DNA of 64,000 bases from Hydrolagus colliei (Eukaryota), in NCBI GenBank assembly GCA_035084275.1, contig CM068774.1, forward strand, positions 372,001 through 436,000. Direction: 5' to 3'. A program made the position numbers and the translations under genes. Shown here piece after piece: positions 61,364 to 64,000 of this stretch. Under the pieces are notes generated by a model. It was given only the letters and a program-made list of their open reading frames with translations, was not told the origin of the DNA and did not search any database. Within the stretch, counting starts at the first letter, position 1; every line of letters begins with the position of its first letter.

Positions 61364-63571
61364 TGTCCTGAGGCCAGATATGTTCCTAAGGCCAGACAGA
61401 GTATTCAGGTTAGAGATTGGGTGACCACAGCAGATTGACGGTGTCCGGCCTCCCCGACACTGGAACAGTCTGTTGCCTTTGAACAGTTTGAGAGGAACAG
61501 ACCCTTTGCCAACACGGAGGTGAATGGAGGCCCATCACAATTAGTGTGGATCGACACGGGGTCGCAAGCCACCACAATACACTCTAACCCTCCATCTCAG
61601 GAATCGCATGTCACGGCAGAATGCGTTGAGTTATGTGGGTTTGACGGTAGTGTGATGACCCCTTGGGTTGAGCTGACGCTGATTGAACCTTCCCGGTGAC
61701 TAACGGGTGCTGAACTTTACCGGCCGCTCACACTAACCGGGAGCAGGGAACATTGGCGGCGGACGCTCTTGTAAAATACGCTGTGACAGTGGATTCTCTA
61801 ATGGAAGCCTGTGGGTGGGGGGCCTGACTGGAGGGGGGGAGATGCCGTATCCAGCACCGGGTGGTGATGGTCATGTGGTGTTTTTAATAAGAGACAGTGA
61901 CGTCTACCCCCCAATGTCACTGCCCGATAACACAGTGGCCGACCAGCCTTCAGTGGGAGCTGCTCACCAGGACCACAGTGGCAAGCTAGTCACTGCGGGA
62001 ACAATGAATGTACCGTCACATAAGCCGTGCCAACAAGACCCCACACCACGGGAAAGCCACTCACGTGTTGCCGACACTAGCCAATCTCTGACAAAACAGG
62101 GCGTCTCTCCAGAGGGTTGTTTCACTAGTAACTGACCTATTTGGCCTGTCCAGAAACCTGACGGGAGCCTGCGTCTGACCATTGACTATTGGCGGCTCAA
62201 CAGGTCTTCTCAGCGTCATGTTGTCCATTGTTAGTGACACCCTGACCTTACTAACCTCCCCACCCCGACAAACTCGCCTTTCCTCCACTTTGGACGTGTC
62301 TAATGGTTTCTGGAGTGGGTCAGTGTATCGGCGGAAAAGGCTCCTTCTGCTTTTGACATCGGAAATTTACAGACAATGTGCCAACCGTGTGTTGACGTGT
62401 TACAATGGCACAGAGAAGGCCAACCCTTCCCTCCACCGAAAGACTGTGACTGGGCCCCTGTAACTGTGACAGCACAGACAGATACAGACTGTACTTCTGA
62501 ACCCATTTGAATGTACTCTGCTCGCCAGACACAAGCCCAGTTGTGTGTATACCCCCAGCATGGAAGAGGAAGTACAGTATTTACAATATTTCACATACAC
62601 CCTACATCGGCTCACTTCTCTGCCACTGTCACAAACAACACAGTTAATTTAACGTAATATGTGGTGGCCGCGTGTGGCAGAGGATATTGCACATCTCACC
62701 CACCGCTGTCTGGTAAGTTTACAACATAATCGCCCTCCTCAAGGCCAGCGAGCGTTGCTTAAATCTGCACCCCCTCCCCATGGTCCATGGACTCAGGTAC
62801 AAATTGATGTCATTGGACCGTTACCTACAGCAAAAGGGGGTTTGAAACACTGTCTTGTTGCACTAGACGAGTTTACTGAATGGATTGAGGCTTTTCCCAC
62901 TAAAACCAACATGGCTCCAGCAGCCGAGAGGTGATGTGCAGGTGCGCAATACTTGGACAAGTGGCCTGACACCAACGGGAGAACGTTGCAGGGAAACGTT
63001 TCTGGGAAATGCAAATTACGCTGGGAATTCAACAGAAATTGCGTATCTCACAGCACCCCCAGTCTTCAGGAGGGGCAGAAAGGGGAGAAATCGGAGCTTG
63101 AAGACATTGCTTAAGTAATTCTGTGCTGGGCTGAGATACTGCCTATGTGTTTGGTGGCTGTGAGAAACGCCACTCACTCTACGGCTGGCATTTCTCCCCA
63201 CCAGGCTGTGGCAGGAACAGTTCTGGTGTCTCCTGGCGCAGACCTGTTTCCCAGAGCAACACAGAGCTCTACAAGCCAGTGCCTCCAGTGGTAATTGGGG
63301 GATAAAGATGAGGGATTGTGGACAGATCACAAACCAATTGGTCGCCACAAATATTGGACGATCCCCGGCAAACGTTAAAAGATGCTTTGATACAAAAATG
63401 AAACCAGGTTGGGGATTGAGTGATGGTACTCGACTCTGGGGAAAGGGAACTCACATTCTGTCCTCAGGACAAAGGGCCTTTTCCCATCATTGATAAAGCC
63501 AGTCCCTCTGTTTATCTTCTGCAGTGTCATCACAAAAACAAGAAATAAACGCGTTGGCATCACATCAATCA

Positions 63572-63725
63572 GTTAGAAACTCTATAATAACAGATATGAT
63601 GTTACAATGATATTATTATATTTTGATATTATGTTAGAAACTGTATAATAACAGATATGATGTTAAAATGACATTATTATATTATGATATTATGTTAGAA
63701 ACTGTATAATAACAGATATGATGCT
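63572..63725. repeat. 61-bp AT-rich tandem repeat at the pol/env junction (2 units + partial; 1 + partial in copy B at 43519-43610)
   Basis: gttagaaactctataataacagatatgatgttaaaatgatattattatattttgatattat, followed by the acceptor-like ttgttttacag|. Confidence 0.85.
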
Positions 63726-64000
63726 TGTTTTACAGGACTACGGTACTTCTGATGTGTGGCTGACAATAACCATGATTCTGAGAGCAGTTAGAATTGGGCG
63801 TAAAGGGAGCACCCCCCACATCAAGCCGACAACATGGTACACCTGTCACACCACAAGCTACGAGGGGCAGACACTCAATGGCTGATAGAGGATGGAGCGT
63901 CACTGATGAACTATGAACTTTGGACAATATTACGTACAAGGGGGGATGGAGCCAGACCAACTCGCAAGGCAAAGCATACAAAGGAAGAGGATATGGCCAC

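Larger units (their letters stand above)
58613..64000 (+). mobile_element. Degraded ERV, copy A (runs off the right edge)
   Basis: Colinear with 38958-43890. Retains an integrase segment deleted in B: IFHIHPTSAH...WWPRVAEDIAHLTHRC...PWTQVQIDVIGPLP...LDEFTEWIEAFPT. Confidence 0.9.

Overview
Vertebrate genomic DNA, very rich in microsatellites, with several N gaps. The shark-type CR1 tails and tRNA-head SINEs with a Deu-like core suggest a cartilaginous fish (inference). I reconstructed the host genes by hand from splice sites and exon phases. (1) A ~3.1 kb His/Thr/Ser/Pro/Asn mucin-like repeat ORF on + runs off the left edge and ends at a splice donor. (2) A 9-exon CADM/nectin-like gene on - (34126 to 17236, most like CADM3, ~389 aa) has a 1-nt frameshift in coding exon 5. 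(3) A tandem cluster of CD2/SLAM-family Ig receptor genes on - comprises a full copy A (55865 to ~51946), copy B with only leader and V exons visible (38391 to 36839), and an orphan leader exon C (44907-44829). The A and B V domains are almost identical in the framework but differ at 21 residues, nearly all in the C-C'-C'' and F-G ligand-binding face. Copies A and B each sit head-to-head with a co-duplicated, degraded spuma-related/SnRV-like endogenous retrovirus (tRNA-Arg PBS, gag, pro, pol, env). The rest is CR1 and L2 LINEs, SINEs, pogo/Tigger-like elements, a Gypsy remnant and an L2-derived minisatellite. No database searches were run, so paralogue and virus-lineage assignments rest on recalled motifs.
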